This document shows, one piece after another, positions 34,043 to 47,399 of a stretch of 64,000 nucleotides of DNA; position 1 is the first letter of the stretch; each line of letters begins with the position of its first letter. The DNA lies in assembly GCA_024704765.1 (NCBI GenBank), contig JAKMXF010000351.1:62001-126000 (forward strand), given 5' to 3'. Made by a program: the position numbers and the translations under genes. The stretch comes from Oopsacas minuta (lineage: Eukaryota; Animalia; Porifera). The notes beneath the pieces were generated by a model, which was not told where the DNA came from, made no database searches, and was given only the letters and a program-made list of their open reading frames with translations.

Positions 34043-37000
34043 TCAAGCACATGTTATTTTCATACCTCTAGAATATCTACTATTACAAGGTTTTTCGAAA
34101 AACAGATACATTAATTCATATTTTTCTCTATCAGAGCGAGAAAGAGAAGGATGAGGGATTGTTAGATTCCCAATTTGACTTACAATAAATTTATCTTGGG
34201 TTAATGGAGATCTTCGTAAACTCGAATTCAAGTTTGCATGCTTGTAACTCGCAATTAATGAATTTATGTCAGCATGAGAGAAGCCAGACGTAAGTTCAGC
34301 GATAGCCATAACGTCATTAGACTGAATAGTATCAATATGAGATTCTTTCATGAGATATTCTATCATATTTTTTCGCTCTTCAAGACTGGGGAGATTACAT
34401 TTAATATGCATACCAATCCTTCCAGGTCTAAGAAGTGCAGTATCTATCAATTCAGGATGGCATGTCGTAGCAATGATACTTACTCCATCTAATTCTTGTA
34501 CGCCGTCTAATTCTGTAAGAAGCTGATTTACAACACGATCCAAGACTCCCATATGTTGTGAACCCCTACAACGTGCAATAGAATCAAACTCATCGAAGAA
34601 AATGAGGCTAGGGGTAGAAGCTCGTGCTAAAGCGAAAATCTCTCTAATTTTGTCCTCACTTGCCCCGATATATTTATCCAGAACTTCTGGCCCTCGAATC
34701 TTTAAGACATTTAGACTATTTTCTTTCGCTAAAGAATCAACGAAATAGGTTTTCCCAGTACCAGGCATACCATACAGAAGAATTCCAACTTTGTTCCTGA
34801 GAGGTAATTTACTAATTAGCCTTGGGAACTTAAGGTGCAGACTCAGGGTATCTACAATTGGTTTACGAACACTGTCAAGTAATGGTACTGTATAAGGAAG
34901 CCGTTTGGTAAGAAAATTCGACAAACCTAAATAGTTATGAGACGCATAATACGAGAAGAATGTCCTCAAAATCTCTTGAATTGTCTTCCTATTACCCTCT
35001 AGTACAGAGTATTGTATTGATCGCAAAATAATTTTCAGATATTTTCGTGGATGTACATTAGGAAATTCTGAAATCAATAAATTACAATCAATTTCATAAT
35101 TAGATAAAGGAAAATAATTTTGGATATTATTCTCTAAAATATACAATCGATCTTGATACGTCGGCTGTTTAATCACTAGCCTATGTTGAAATAGATGCTT
35201 TCCCTGAGGGCAAATGAGGGGCTCAAGATCAAAATCTTTACTCTTGGTAGTAGCTATGAAAATAAGTTTGTTTTTGAAGCGCCTCCTTCTATAAGTTATT
35301 GAAAAGAGGAATTGATAAATTGTTGAAGCATGTCGATTGAATCTGTGCTCACCAAATGTTTCTGGAAATAAACATTCGAAATTATACAAGATAATTATCG
35401 AATTTGATTCTTGGCCAAATATTGCAGTTAAAGATTTTATGATAATATTTAAATTTTTACCGAGTAAAGACATACAATTGAGAGTCTCTATATGCATTAT
35501 AAAATTCAAGTCAGATACGATGGCTAGCATAAACATTACAAACGATTTCGTTCCATTCTGTGATGCAACATTCTCACCAGTCACAAGCATAGTAAGATTG
35601 GTATTAATATGGTTGAGTGGGGAAAGAAATGATTTCAGTATACGCTTCGAATGAGATTTGAGGTGATTATATCCAAAGAATTGAGGATTCGAAGGAAACC
35701 GACTACATTGATGATGATGCAACCTATCTGTCATTTTGGGAGTTTGTAAGTCCGATTGTATAATAACATCGATGGGAATACATTCTAAGAGACTAAGGTA
35801 TAAAAAAGAATGAGTTTCTTTATTAAGGCAGTCCATTTGCATGACGACAAATACTGTAATACCTTCAATATCAATCAAAAACTCTTGAATATTCCTTACC
35901 GGAAATATTGATATTTTGGATAATACTGCGATGAGTTTCTTAAATGCATCAATAATCTTGGATTCCGAAAACAGGTCGTGTGTAACTTGCGATATTAAGA
36001 GAGTGATCTTGGTAGGCTTCTTCCCAGAATACGCACTGGGTCTCAGTAAAATACCAAGCGAGTCAGATATGCAAATATTAGGAAAACAAAACAAATACTT
36101 AGAAACATAATTTGGATAGGAATCTGGAGAATGTAAAATGGGATAAAAATTGAGATGAGATGAACAAGAATGGACATCGGTAAAATTTTTGAGGAGATAA
36201 GTCGATACAATAACAGGAGAATTTGAATTGGTTATGAAAACTTGAAAAGTATCAAGGGGAAATATATAGCGAGATGGTTTAAGAAATATGAAGTAACCAT
36301 CTGTCCTAAAATTGGATATATTTAAGGTAAAACCAAATAATCTTTTAGTAATAAAAGGCATATATTTCACAGAGTCATGAAGATCAATTAATGGATAATT
36401 GCACATGTTATGTTCATCCAAAGTACAATTATCATTTTTTCTGCTGGAATAGATAAATTTTCTTTCGAAAAAAATTAAAAAATTATATATTAAATTTGAT
36501 TTAATTATTTCACTAAATACTTGGCTGGGGTAAAAGTTATCAATTGATTCACACTTTATGGGAGAATTATTTTGACATCGGATTTCTGTAAAGGACAATG
36601 CAGACTGAGTAAATTGAAGCATGTCAGTAAATATATTAATTTCAGTATTAGGTTGAAGAATAGCAAATTCTGAATAAGGGTCAATTTTAACAATACGTAA
36701 ATGAATACAAACATTTGTATGCAACCAAAATGGGATAATATAGCTTTCCGAAACTATCCGCTGTTGCTCCAACAATTTGGCGGATAATCTATGTGTTTCT
36801 GGAACTAAATCATTCCAATCATCTTTGCTGTTAGGTATAATTACTAACCGTATACATTGAGGTAAATAAAGTTGAGGAAAGCTAATGAAGAGTTTACTTT
36901 GCTCTAACAAACCAAGAGATCTTGAAAAGCCATAGTCCAATCGACATATATCAGCTTCCGGCAGAATAAGAAATAATGCCCATAAATATACTCTCCCACT

Positions 37001-37117
37001 ATTCCACTCGACCAATGTGACGGCATGATCAAAAATATTATGACTGAAGTGTAGAGGTAATTCAATAAAACAGTGGTGAAAATTGCAAAATCTCGGTGAT
37101 AAACAGTAAGAATTCAT
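34043..37117 (-). CDS. PEX1: Peroxisomal AAA+ ATPase PEX1
   Basis: 1024-aa ORF. N-terminal CFIELP and PNSKDDW...KLLEQQRIV match the PEX1 N domains. D2 has GILLYGMPGTGKT, GPEVLDKYIGASE, LIFFDEFDSIA, DRVVNQLLTELDG and LLRPGR; D1 is degenerate. Confidence 0.88.
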   Translation of the reverse strand: MNSYCLSPRFCNFHHCFIELPLHFSHNIFDHAVTLVEWNSGRVYLWALFLILPEADICRLDYGFSRSLGLLEQSKLFISFPQLYLPQCIRLVIIPNSKDDWNDLVPETHRLSAKLLEQQRIVSESYIIPFWLHTNVCIHLRIVKIDPYSEFAILQPNTEINIFTDMLQFTQSALSFTEIRCQNNSPIKCESIDNFYPSQVFSEIIKSNLIYNFLIFFERKFIYSSRKNDNCTLDEHNMCNYPLIDLHDSVKYMPFITKRLFGFTLNISNFRTDGYFIFLKPSRYIFPLDTFQVFITNSNSPVIVSTYLLKNFTDVHSCSSHLNFYPILHSPDSYPNYVSKYLFCFPNICISDSLGILLRPSAYSGKKPTKITLLISQVTHDLFSESKIIDAFKKLIAVLSKISIFPVRNIQEFLIDIEGITVFVVMQMDCLNKETHSFLYLSLLECIPIDVIIQSDLQTPKMTDRLHHHQCSRFPSNPQFFGYNHLKSHSKRILKSFLSPLNHINTNLTMLVTGENVASQNGTKSFVMFMLAIVSDLNFIMHIETLNCMSLLGKNLNIIIKSLTAIFGQESNSIIILYNFECLFPETFGEHRFNRHASTIYQFLFSITYRRRRFKNKLIFIATTKSKDFDLEPLICPQGKHLFQHRLVIKQPTYQDRLYILENNIQNYFPLSNYEIDCNLLISEFPNVHPRKYLKIILRSIQYSVLEGNRKTIQEILRTFFSYYASHNYLGLSNFLTKRLPYTVPLLDSVRKPIVDTLSLHLKFPRLISKLPLRNKVGILLYGMPGTGKTYFVDSLAKENSLNVLKIRGPEVLDKYIGASEDKIREIFALARASTPSLIFFDEFDSIARCRGSQHMGVLDRVVNQLLTELDGVQELDGVSIIATTCHPELIDTALLRPGRIGMHIKCNLPSLEERKNMIEYLMKESHIDTIQSNDVMAIAELTSGFSHADINSLIASYKHANLNSSLRRSPLTQDKFIVSQIGNLTIPHPSLSRSDREKYELMYLFFEKPCNSRYSRGMKITCA

Positions 37118-37284
37118 CTAAAAACAGAAAATAGAGAACATCCTGGGCCAGTAAAGTAAACTGCCAAAGTTAAATTGGGTTTGGTTTTCTTGGACCAGTG
37201 GTTCCCAACAAGAGTTCCGCGCGATCTTTTAATAAGAGGATGTAACGTCCTATTACAACCACCAGCACAATTACAATTAGCATA

Positions 37285-37686
37285 CAGTAGATGTCGGATA
37301 TAAGAATATCGGTTATAAGAACCACAAACTCGAATTGCGGAATCTTTAGTATTCTGCTTCATGGAATTTTACCAGTTATAAGAACATTCCATGCCGGATA
37401 TAAGAACATCATAATAGAAAACGGTTACTATATACCCCTGTATAATTATGCCGGTTATAAGAACACTCTTAGTGTAGTAGTAAAATTGATTCTCATTACC
37501 AGTATGTTTGTAGAATTCGGCATAAATTATAGAGTAGATATGAGAAGACTTTTCTTAAATATGGTTCTACATCCAAATGTGTTTAAATGGAGTGTTTTCA
37601 TAACCGGCATCTACTATATACTATATACCAGCTATAAGAACATTATGTCCAGTTCCCGACGATGTTCTTATAACCAGGATTCACAG
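37285..37686. mobile_element. pogo-like MITE upstream of PEX1
   Basis: TA-flanked imperfect TIRs built on (G)GTTATAAGAAC, with several internal copies of that motif. ORF 37291-37779 is a by-product. Confidence 0.6.
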
Positions 37687-39756
37687 TATTATATATTTGT
37701 TACTCCAGCACATAGACTATGGAATAGTAGTATGAATAAAATTTTTGGGTTTACATCTATCGATTCAAATCACTTTTGAGAATGAACTCTAAAATAGTTA
37801 AAGGCATTAAACTTTGATTAGAATTTCGGACGACATATCTATATGAACTGAAAAGTGATTGGTATTGTTCGTTGAAATGTATGGGTGGGAATCACAGATA
37901 AGTGAGAGGTAAGGGTTTCGAGAGCTGCCACAGTAGGTTCAATAATACATTTGATATGATATCTCAACTCACTATGTCGTAATTTGAATATAACAATACA
38001 TGGGTATAAATTGTCTACGTCATAGCGAGATAAATCATATCAAAATGTATCATTATGAAATCGGAAGTCGGGTATATCCTCAGTATTGGACTCAAGTATT
38101 TGGCAAAAAAACATTTTCATAATAATTCAATATAACATTTTGAGTTGTAATGAATTATTATGAAAATGCCATCAAAGTTACCGCAGGAATTTGCAAAATT
38201 TATCATGGCAAATTTTAGTATTTGTATACATATATCATTAGATCATTGAATGTGAATTATAAAATCTTATTTATAGTATGTATCGTTCCACGGAGTATAA
38301 AAGATGGACACATTTAGGCCCAATAATGCATACTAAGCATATATTTCGACAAAAATTATGCATTTTGGAAATGATGAAATATATTTCCATAAATAGCCGA
38401 TACATTTACTCGGAAAATAACGTACCACTTTTCAAATATAGCACATATTCTGATGGACCCAAATTTCTTCAACTGAGTTCGAGCGCAGAGTTTATGCATA
38501 GACCAATAAATTCAATAAATGATATATGGAAATCGGCTTTAGATCCAGCCAAAATTATTCTTACTAAAGTCTAAATAATTATTTTCACCTTCATTGGGGA
38601 AAATGAGAAGGACATACATTATAGAATGACACTTTAGTTCTAATATTTTGGCGTGGTACCGATTTTAAGAGTCAAATTATGAAATCCTATGCATTTTGAA
38701 GAGGTTAGAATCTTATCAAAGGTTTTACCGTAAATCAATTTACATTGAGTTAATATCCTATAATATTGATGGTGATTATGACGTGAAATTTCTTGTGAAA
38801 CTGGGAAAATGACGTGACTGGGGAGTAAGTGGGTTTATTAGTGACGTAAGCATGAAAATTCTATAATATTACCTTCCAGTGGCCCCAACTGACCTTTGTT
38901 GCAAATTCCAGTTGGCTGGAAGGTCAGAGGTTTGAACTATCAGACTTAGGTTACTAATACATAGGGCGTTAGGATTTTCGATCGAAGATAGTGCGATCGG
39001 ATCTAGATCCTCTTAAGGATCGGAAGAGGATTATTGATCAATTTGGAAATGTAGGATAGTGATAAGAATAGAATCGATTATTTCTGGAAAGATCCCATCC
39101 TTTCAACTCTCAACTAATATATCCACAAGTGATAGTGCTATTTTCTAAATTAAAGACTGACTAACGAGCATAAGTTGCTACTAATTCGAAACTTTCAATT
39201 GAATCCATGCTACCATAAATTAGACCAATGATACGGAATCCAAAGGAAGATTATAATAATAACACAGCCGAAACCCTTTTTTCATACTAATCAGTTAATT
39301 TAACTATATGTATTTCCCAGGTTGTAAATAATGTGGGATTTACATATATTTCCATTGTTTACTCTATCTACAGTTACCTGCAAACAACTGTTAGGAAAAC
39401 CGGTTGGGCTTTATGTAGAATCAGAGTTGTCACTATATAAATGTGGTTTCCAACCATTTAACCACAGTAACCCCTGATTGGGACACAGTTTTCTGGGCAA
39501 CTGTGCCGCTATATTTGTGGATCAATACCACAATGATTGGATATCTATACTGTAAGAATATTCCCTATCATAAACATGTGTACTTACATAACGAGCCTTT
39601 GGCTGGTCTCTTCGCGATGAACCCGGCGGATTGCGCCTCGAGGTATCCAATTTTCTCCAAATTGACGTCCCCTTTGAGTATTATAATATAGATATATTTA
39701 GAAAAAGGTCATTCGCAAATATACATATATGGTATATATATTATTGAATTATTTTG

Positions 39757-40050
39757 CAAGATCAACCCGTATGTAGCCGTTGAAAGCAAGTATCTACATG
39801 TATTTGAGATTTAGCTGATTTGTTTATTTCACATTTATGTAAACAACAAAAAATTTAGATATGCTTAATCCAAAAGTTTGAAAATCGGATTCAGCATGTT
39901 CGGTATATTTAGTGAAGTTATTTTGAATTCTATTTAGCTCCTTGATAAACACGATAAATACATAATTATCCGACAATGTCAAAATTGCATATCGTATATC
40001 CTTTCCTTGACAATGAACAAACAAACAAAATTGAGATTTAATAATATAGA
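39757..40050 (-). mobile_element. Short Helitron-like non-autonomous element
   Basis: Minus strand starts TCTATATT...TTGTTTGTTTG and ends ...CGGGTTGATCTTG (CTRR-like). Related fragments at ~2790-2880 and 9690-9970. Confidence 0.4.
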
Positions 40051-40224
40051 TTAGCATCACTTCATAAATAATTATATGATGAAGTCTAAGTATATAAGCA
40101 CAGGGTTGGTCCCAGGATTTTGCATGCTCGGTGTAAGGCCGGGGGCCAAAATTTCAAACCCGGGGCTAATCAATTTATATAATGGGCATGTGGGCAGTGG
40201 TGGTCTGAGGTTTTGTCAAACCAG

Positions 40225-42600
40225 GGGCCGGGCCATGTGATTAGATGGGTCAATTGGTGAATTGGTCATTCAATGATGACTAGATGGATAGAATTATCAA
40301 TGGGTGAATTATGTTGTCATTGAATTCGTCGATAGTTCAATGGTTAACTATTGGGTCAATGGGTAACTCAATGGGTCAATTATGGGTTAAGGAATAAATT
40401 GATGGGTTTTGGCTAACTCGATATATCGATGGGCGGCTAGAATATTCAAAGGTTCGATTGGTAACTTGATGGGTCAATTGTTGCCACGATGGATGAATTG
40501 GTAACTCTATAGTTCAAAAGGTCGATTGGTAACTCAATTCGAAATGGGTAAATCGGTGGCTCAAGTGATGACTCGATGGCTCAATGGGTAACATTATGGA
40601 GCAATGAGTGCTAAATTGTTCAATGAGTAAGTAAATTGGTCAATCTATAACTCGAAGCCTCAAATGATTTACTGCAAGTTTCAATGGATTTTTCGATGGG
40701 TAATTGGAAACTAGAAGGGTCAAAAGGTATACAGGGTGTCTAATAAGTTCTGTTATACATTTTCGCGCCTTAGACAGTAGCTCTTAATATACTTATAAGT
40801 AATCTTCTAGATTTTCTTGTACCATTTTTGGCGCTCTTTCGAATTATACCAAGTATATATCATTCAAGTTGATGATTTACCAGAAAATCATGTTAGAAGA
40901 AATTCGTCCAAAAATTGTCACTTTTCACGAATCTGGGTTTAGCAACAGTGAAATTCTAAAAAGGCTAAAAAATGATAAAGTCAATCCCATTCTGATCTAT
41001 CGCACAATAAAACGCTATATAGAGACTGGGAGTGTGTCTGACAGGAAACGAGTTGGTCGTCCAAGATCCGCTCACACACCAGCCCTGAAGAATAGTGTTA
41101 GATGTCGAATCCTGAGAAATCCCTGGCGTTCAATGCGAAAAATGTCTCGTGAATTCTGTGTCAATCACAAAATGATGCGGAAATTGGTTGTAGAGGACCT
41201 AGGAATGAAGTCCTATAAGATGAAAAACGTACACCATCTTAACGACTCCATACGTCGTAAGCGACTCGAAAGATGCATACAACTAAAAGCCTGATTCGCT
41301 CCTGGGACTGAAGATCAGATTTTCTTCTCAGATGAGAAGCTGTTCACGGTTGAGGAGGCAAGCAATCGTCAAAACGACCGTATACTTGCTTCTCGAAGTC
41401 AGGATATCCCAGATAGTATCAAGTACATTGATAGAGTCTAGAAGCCTCTTTCTCTGATGGTATGGGCGGGTGTGTCGGCAGACTCACGGACAAACCTGAT
41501 TTTTGTCCCCCAAGGAGTGAAAATAAACTCCCAGACGTACAGAGAGCTGGTCTTGGAGCCTGATATTGCGTCTGCGGGTGAGAAGCTCTTTCAAAACCAT
41601 CCTTAGACTTACCAACAAGACTCTGCGCCTGCACATGCTTCAAAAATATCCCAGGGTTGGTTCCGAGAGCAAAATATCGATTTCATAAGTAAGGATGAAT
41701 GGCCACCATCAAGCCCAGATTTAAACCTACTCGACTATTCTGTTTGAGCAAACTTGGAGAGCAGGGCCTGTGCGAAATCTCACAAGAGTTTGGAGTCCCT
41801 CAAAGTTAGTTTGTTGAGTGAATGGCAGAAAATCCCACAGGAGGAGCTGCGAAAAGCTGTCCATCAGTTTCGGGGCAGACTAACTTCCGTAATTCATAAA
41901 AAGAGAGGCTATATTGAATGATATTTGTAATGTGTAATTAGGAACATAAGTCCTAAGAAAATAGAAGGTTTCATGGCTTTACAATGGATAAATTTGAAAT
42001 CTTTGAGGAATTGATATATAACAGAACTTATTAGACACCCTGTATGCGTATCTAGATGCGTCATTGGTTAACTTGATGGGTCGATGGGTCAATGCGTGAC
42101 TCAATGCTTCAGTGTGTCAATATATGACTCCAAGGGTATTTTCTGATTCGATGAGCCAATGGGTAAATCAATGTGTCAATTGGTGACTCGAGGTTTTAAT
42201 GAGTGATTCGATGGGTTAATAAGTAACTTGATGGTTCAATTGGTTATTCGAATGTTCATATGATCATGGAGGACTCAATGGGTCTATTATTAACTTGATG
42301 GGTCAATGGTAACTCGATATTTCAATTCGTGCCTCGATGGGTCAATGTGTGACTGTATCCTGATCAATGTGTACTAGAAGGGTCAATGGGTAAATTGATA
42401 TTACACTGAGTGACTCGATGTTTCAATGAGTGACTCGATGGATGAAATGGTCAACGGTTGACTCGATGGATCAATAGTTTACTCGATGGGTCAATGGGTA
42501 ACTAGATGGGTCGATGGGTTACTTGATGGGCCAATACGTAAGTTGATGGCTAAGTGAGTCCCTCGATGGATAAACTGGTGACTCGATGCAACAATGAGCA
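40225..42600. repeat. Degenerate short-period satellite-like tract interrupted by the maT element
   Basis: Dozens of diverged GATGGGTCAAT(G/T)GGTAACTC-like units on both sides of 40732-42042. Confidence 0.7.
40732..42042 (+). mobile_element. maT / DD37D Tc1-mariner element with a decayed transposase
   Basis: TA|CAGGGTGTCTAATAAGTTCTGTTATA TIRs; FSDEKLF and QQDSAPAH...SPDLNLLD with 37 residues between the last two Asp; in-frame stops. Confidence 0.9.
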
Positions 42601-43928
42601 AATAGATCCCCATTTTCCCTGAGACACTTTTTCAAATGATTATGATATGATATATTTATTGCTTATTAAGTTTCTGATATTTGGAAACCTAATATCCATG
42701 GATATTAATACATATTGAGGAATTTTTCTATACCTAAGGCCTGAAGAGTAGGCCAATATGCTCGAGTCACTGCTGTAGGTTTCCTACTCGACTCACTATG
42801 TTCAGTCTGTCATTTTCAATGTGTAATTTCGAGGGTACATTGGTTTAAGGGACCTATTTGGTATGGTGAGATTACTCAGTTAGTAGTACATGCATTCAAA
42901 AGTTACATGAAATGAAATAGTAATTATTATGGTGCTAATTATTGCATGAAAGCTCTTTACTATGTGAAATAGTTAATACAGCTTTGAAATGGAATACAAT
43001 TGATATCCATGGAATATCGATTTCCATTGCAAGCCTGATGTTTAAATAACCTGGATTTAAATTTCAGGCAACGGAATAAGGAAGTAATATTAAACCTAAC
43101 ATTACGCATTGTCGCCCAACCCGGTGGGCAGGTTGACAAGCCTCAGCACACTCAAATCGTTAATTTGTTAGAAATTTCGACGCCTGTATTATTCACCATT
43201 AAATATAATTGCGCAATAGAATTTAACGCATGTGAGTTAATTCTGTTTGAATGAATGTAAATGTTAATTTATCATGTGAATTAATTTTATAAGGTGTAAC
43301 TAGAAAATATATGATGTGCAGTTGTAAAAAATTCATATGCATTGATAGACTCAATGGAGTTTACAATAAACGTAAATACTAACATGACAAAGCTTTTAGA
43401 ATTTTCAAATTATCAAATAGCTAGTGTTGTTACTTTGTAATGGTTATCAAACAATACTAAAATTTTGCAAAAGATTTAATAACGTAAAAATGTAAGTGGA
43501 ATTATACATTCTACAGAATCAGGGGCCTTATTAATTAAAACTCTCAGAATTATTCTTAACTTAATTCTAAGTGTATTTCTAAGAATAATTCTAAGAATTC
43601 ATGAAATATTCTTAGCTTTCGTTAAGAATTCTTAACTTGGCTATAATTAACGGATTCTAAGAATAATTCTTAGAATAATTCTTAGAATTAAGCAATTTAA
43701 AGAAAAATTCTTAGAATTGGTAATTCTACTTGAATGATTCTTGCTATTGATTAATAAAATTTATGCCAATTAATTCGACTTCAATCGCTTTAGGAGAAGA
43801 TAAGTACATAGTAGAAAATAACATCCTCACAATTGTATACTTCATTTATCATCAATGAGATAAATTGCCCCACCCAATAGAAAAGGATATTCATTGCATT
43901 TCCCATTTGTGTATCATTGTATAAACTC

Positions 43929-46900
43929 ATGACCTCGCTTTTTGTTCTTTGGGAGCTGTAAATAGGCAGTTTACGACGCCAGAGAATATTTCGTGACTGG
44001 TTAAACCCTATTGATGCGTACACAGATGCAGAGTTTATTTCTCGTTATAGAATCAGAAGAGAAATGTTCTTAGAATGCATGATAAAATTGAGACTTTCAT
44101 GTGTCGATCTACAAGCAGATCTCATTCACTTTCGGTGACAACTCAATTAGCGGTCACTCTTCAGTTTCTAGCTATGGGTAGTTTCCAAACTGTGGTTGCA
44201 TCAGCTCATGAAATTTCCCAGCCCTCTGTGTCCAACTGTGTTAGAGATGTAACAGATGCATTGTGCTCAGGGTGACCAGATCTCACATGCCAAAAAGAAG
44301 GACATTTTCAAAGTCAAACCATTCGTGTTCGATTATAATATTTTATTGTATGTTTATCAAGAGATACAAAGTAACTAACACTGAAATACATAATTTAGGT
44401 AATCCAAATTTCGTGATACATGTTTGTGGTATCAAAAAATAAATTTAGTTTGTGTATTTGGCATTGGGACAGATTTTCTTCAATACAACTTGGTTATTGG
44501 GGTTAATTTTTGATGCATTTCCCTGCAACTCATTTCAAAATTCACTATTACTTTAAGTAGTGCACCAACAGTGGAAATGTCTAGTTTGTTTCTGTTGTCG
44601 CTCCATTGTACCTTTGATAAACTGAACACTCTTTCACACACCGCGTTAGATGCAGGGATAGCAAAATAGAAGATACTAATTTTCTTATGCAGGGAATAAT
44701 TTCTTATGTAATGATATCCCAACACTGGCCCAGGCTTAAATCCGAGGTCATTGACAAACTTGGAAAGTTCCGTTGAAGACAGCATACTTCCTCAAACAAG
44801 TCATCAATCTGAGCAATTTCTGGGCATAATAATTCAGCACATCCCTTCAATAATTTATAGTCAATTAATTCAACATCTTTCAATAATAACCAATCTAAAC
44901 TATCCAAATGTAGCCATTTATCCAAGGTAGTCGAATGAAATCTGATAGAATGTCATACATTCGTACTTGAATATCTGTATTTGAATAACGTTGTCAATTT
45001 TAGAAAGTTCCATTTCAGTAATAGCTTCTAAAAATCCACCAATATACTGATCCAACAAAGATTGCTGTAATTTTCTTAATTCACGAATCATCTCGGGCAA
45101 TGAGAGATTGTTTCTCTGGAGAATTAAACTTGTGTTATTGAACAATATAAAGGCACTATGCATGAAGAGGAAGTAGCACTGACTAAGATTAGATTCAAAA
45201 TATGTTTCCAACATTCTAGGACATATCTTGTTCGAGAGAAATAAGATTTCAACTCTTCTCACAGTTTTGGAATCCGTTCTATCAAGGGGAATAAAGTCAA
45301 CCACCTAGTTTTGCCATGATTGGGAAAATTTAAGTAGTGCAGTTCTAGAAAATCACAAAATTCGATAAACCTTTGGTGACGCTGAAGTACCCCACTCTTT
45401 TCTCCAGAAAAGAAGGAAGAAATCTTTGCAACAATCGATTCAATATCAACTGATAGAGCTCGTTCACCAGCGATCTGAGCTGATTTATGTATCAAATGTG
45501 ATGGACAACCACAACAGGAATTAATTTGGATTTAATCTGTTTCAACTTGGTAAAAACATTGTCACCTTCTGCTCTATTAATACCACCAAAATTTACTGGA
45601 GCATTATCAGCACAAAACGCAATCATTTTTTCTGGGTTCAATCCATACTTAGTAATTACATCTAGAAGCATTTCTGCAACTTGTTTTGATTTTTCATCTT
45701 GTAAATGAACGAAATCTAGGAGCTTCTTCTGCACGCCACTACTGGTGAAGTATCGAATAATTATAGGAAATGTCTTTAGCTCAGCGTGATTCGATGCATC
45801 AGTTGATAAAGAGAAGGCAATTCCAGTTTGTAGCTCACTTAATACTTCCTCAATGCTCATCGGTGCTAGAACACCAGTAATTATTGCTTCAGTTTTAGTG
45901 CGAGCAGAATGGAAATTCTTTGCTACATCAGAATCAGAAAAACACACATACTGAAAGCAGGTTAGACGTACAGTCCATTGTTCTAAAAGAATGATGATGT
46001 TTTACTGTATGAAATGCAAATGTCCCCTCAGCAGCAGAAATTTTTAAACTAATAGGAGAATATCTCTCTTTGATGAGTAATCCCAAAGATTGAGTTGAAG
46101 TTATCATTTGTTGGGACGAAGAGTGCTTGATCGTATCGATGTGTTTCTTGACTGAAGAAATTCCAGCACTGGCTAAATTAATGTCCACATTGCAGATAGT
46201 GCAATAGGTGAAATTATTACCTTTATTACTTGATTTTATGAAAGAAAACTCTTGACCCAATTCGAAGCAGAATGAATATTTTCTCTTCGCATATTTATAG
46301 GTTTAGCTAATATAATAAAGTAAACAAGGACAAATAAGGACAATAAGGAAAAAAGAAGGAAAAAGAAGGACAGAATGAAAAGAAGATAACTAGTCTAAAA
46401 AGGAGGACTGTCCTTCCAAAAGAAGGTTATCTGGTCACTCTGATTGTGCTCAATTGCGAAAGACTATATACAGTTTCCAACTGCTGCTAGACAGATGTGT
46501 ATGCAGCATGGATTTATGGAAAATTCGGATTTCCTAAAGTATTAGGTTGCATAGACGGCACACATATCCCAATTGTTGCACCTAGCACCAACGAAGCAAT
46601 TTATGCTAATCGTAAAAGTTTTTATCCAATTAACGTCCAAGCGATGTGTGACGATGTATTCAAGTTTATTGATGTAGTTGTGAAGTGGCCAGGCAGCACA
46701 CATGCTGCGTTCATATGGCGGCAATCAGGAATCAATCTTAAGATCGCCAGTAGAGAAATTCCAATTCTTGAAGGGTGGTTCCTCGGCGATAGTAGTTATC
46801 CGTTGTGCACAAATTTAATGACTCCATTACTATCTCCTGTTACAGCTCGCGAAAGAAGGTATAATCGTGCTTTCCTGAAAACTCGAAAGACAATTGAATG

Positions 46901-47154
46901 TACCTTTGGAATATCGAAGAGCAGATGGAAATCAATGGACAAGCCTGGTGGCAGTTTGTGCTATAGCCCAGAAAGGGTTTGCAAACCAAATCTTATCCTC
47001 CATGATACTTCATAATTTTTGTGTTGATTACGGCCTTCAAATTGATATTGAAAACTTGGAAAGTGACATGCCCTACACCGAAACAGAAGACACTGAACAT
47101 TCAGATAATGGGATTTTAGTTAGAGAAAATATAATTATAAACTATTTCCCATGA
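43929..47154 (+). pseudogene. Harbinger transposase split by a hAT insertion
   Basis: RRQRIFRD, LAVTLQFLAMGSFQ, SQPSVSNCV | GFPKVLGCIDGTHI, NRKSFYPINVQ, WPGSTH, FLGDSSY and IECTFG. Contains stops and a frameshift. Confidence 0.85.
44268..46442 (-). mobile_element. hAT element (Blackjack-like TIR) with a decayed transposase
   Basis: TIRs CAGGGTGACCAGA / TCTGGTCACTCTG and a perfect 8-bp TSD ATTGTGCT. Fragments CTIC...KKH, FSLSTDASN, FCADNA, KTRWLT and IPASNAVCERVFS. Confidence 0.9.
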
Positions 47155-47399
47155 TATAGGAAGTTTAATTAATTAACTGAGCACATGAATGAATTAGGCT
47201 CTGATTTACTTATAACATAATACTCTTAATTAAGGATTCCTAATCTTGACTTTGAAAGTAATGAGGCTGAAGACAAAGTAGAAGTAGGAAATGAAGGTGG
47301 CAATGTTTAAAAATGCGGCCAAGGAAGCCTAGTTTGAGCCATCAGAAGAGAAAGTTTCTTTGATTGGTCCGCTGCTGTATGTTGCAAAATCTGGATCAC

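Noticed and set aside
35337-36110. Antisense ORFs within PEX1, and similar shadows in TSEN2, the NF-kB-like gene and transposases
   Set aside because: They are expected opposite-strand or alternate-frame shadows of real coding sequence with no independent motifs.
37114-37779. ORFs 37114-37362 and 37291-37779 as genes or a PEX1 upstream coding exon
   Set aside because: They derive largely from a MITE, and the PEX1 N-terminal motif already starts right after the ATG at 37117.
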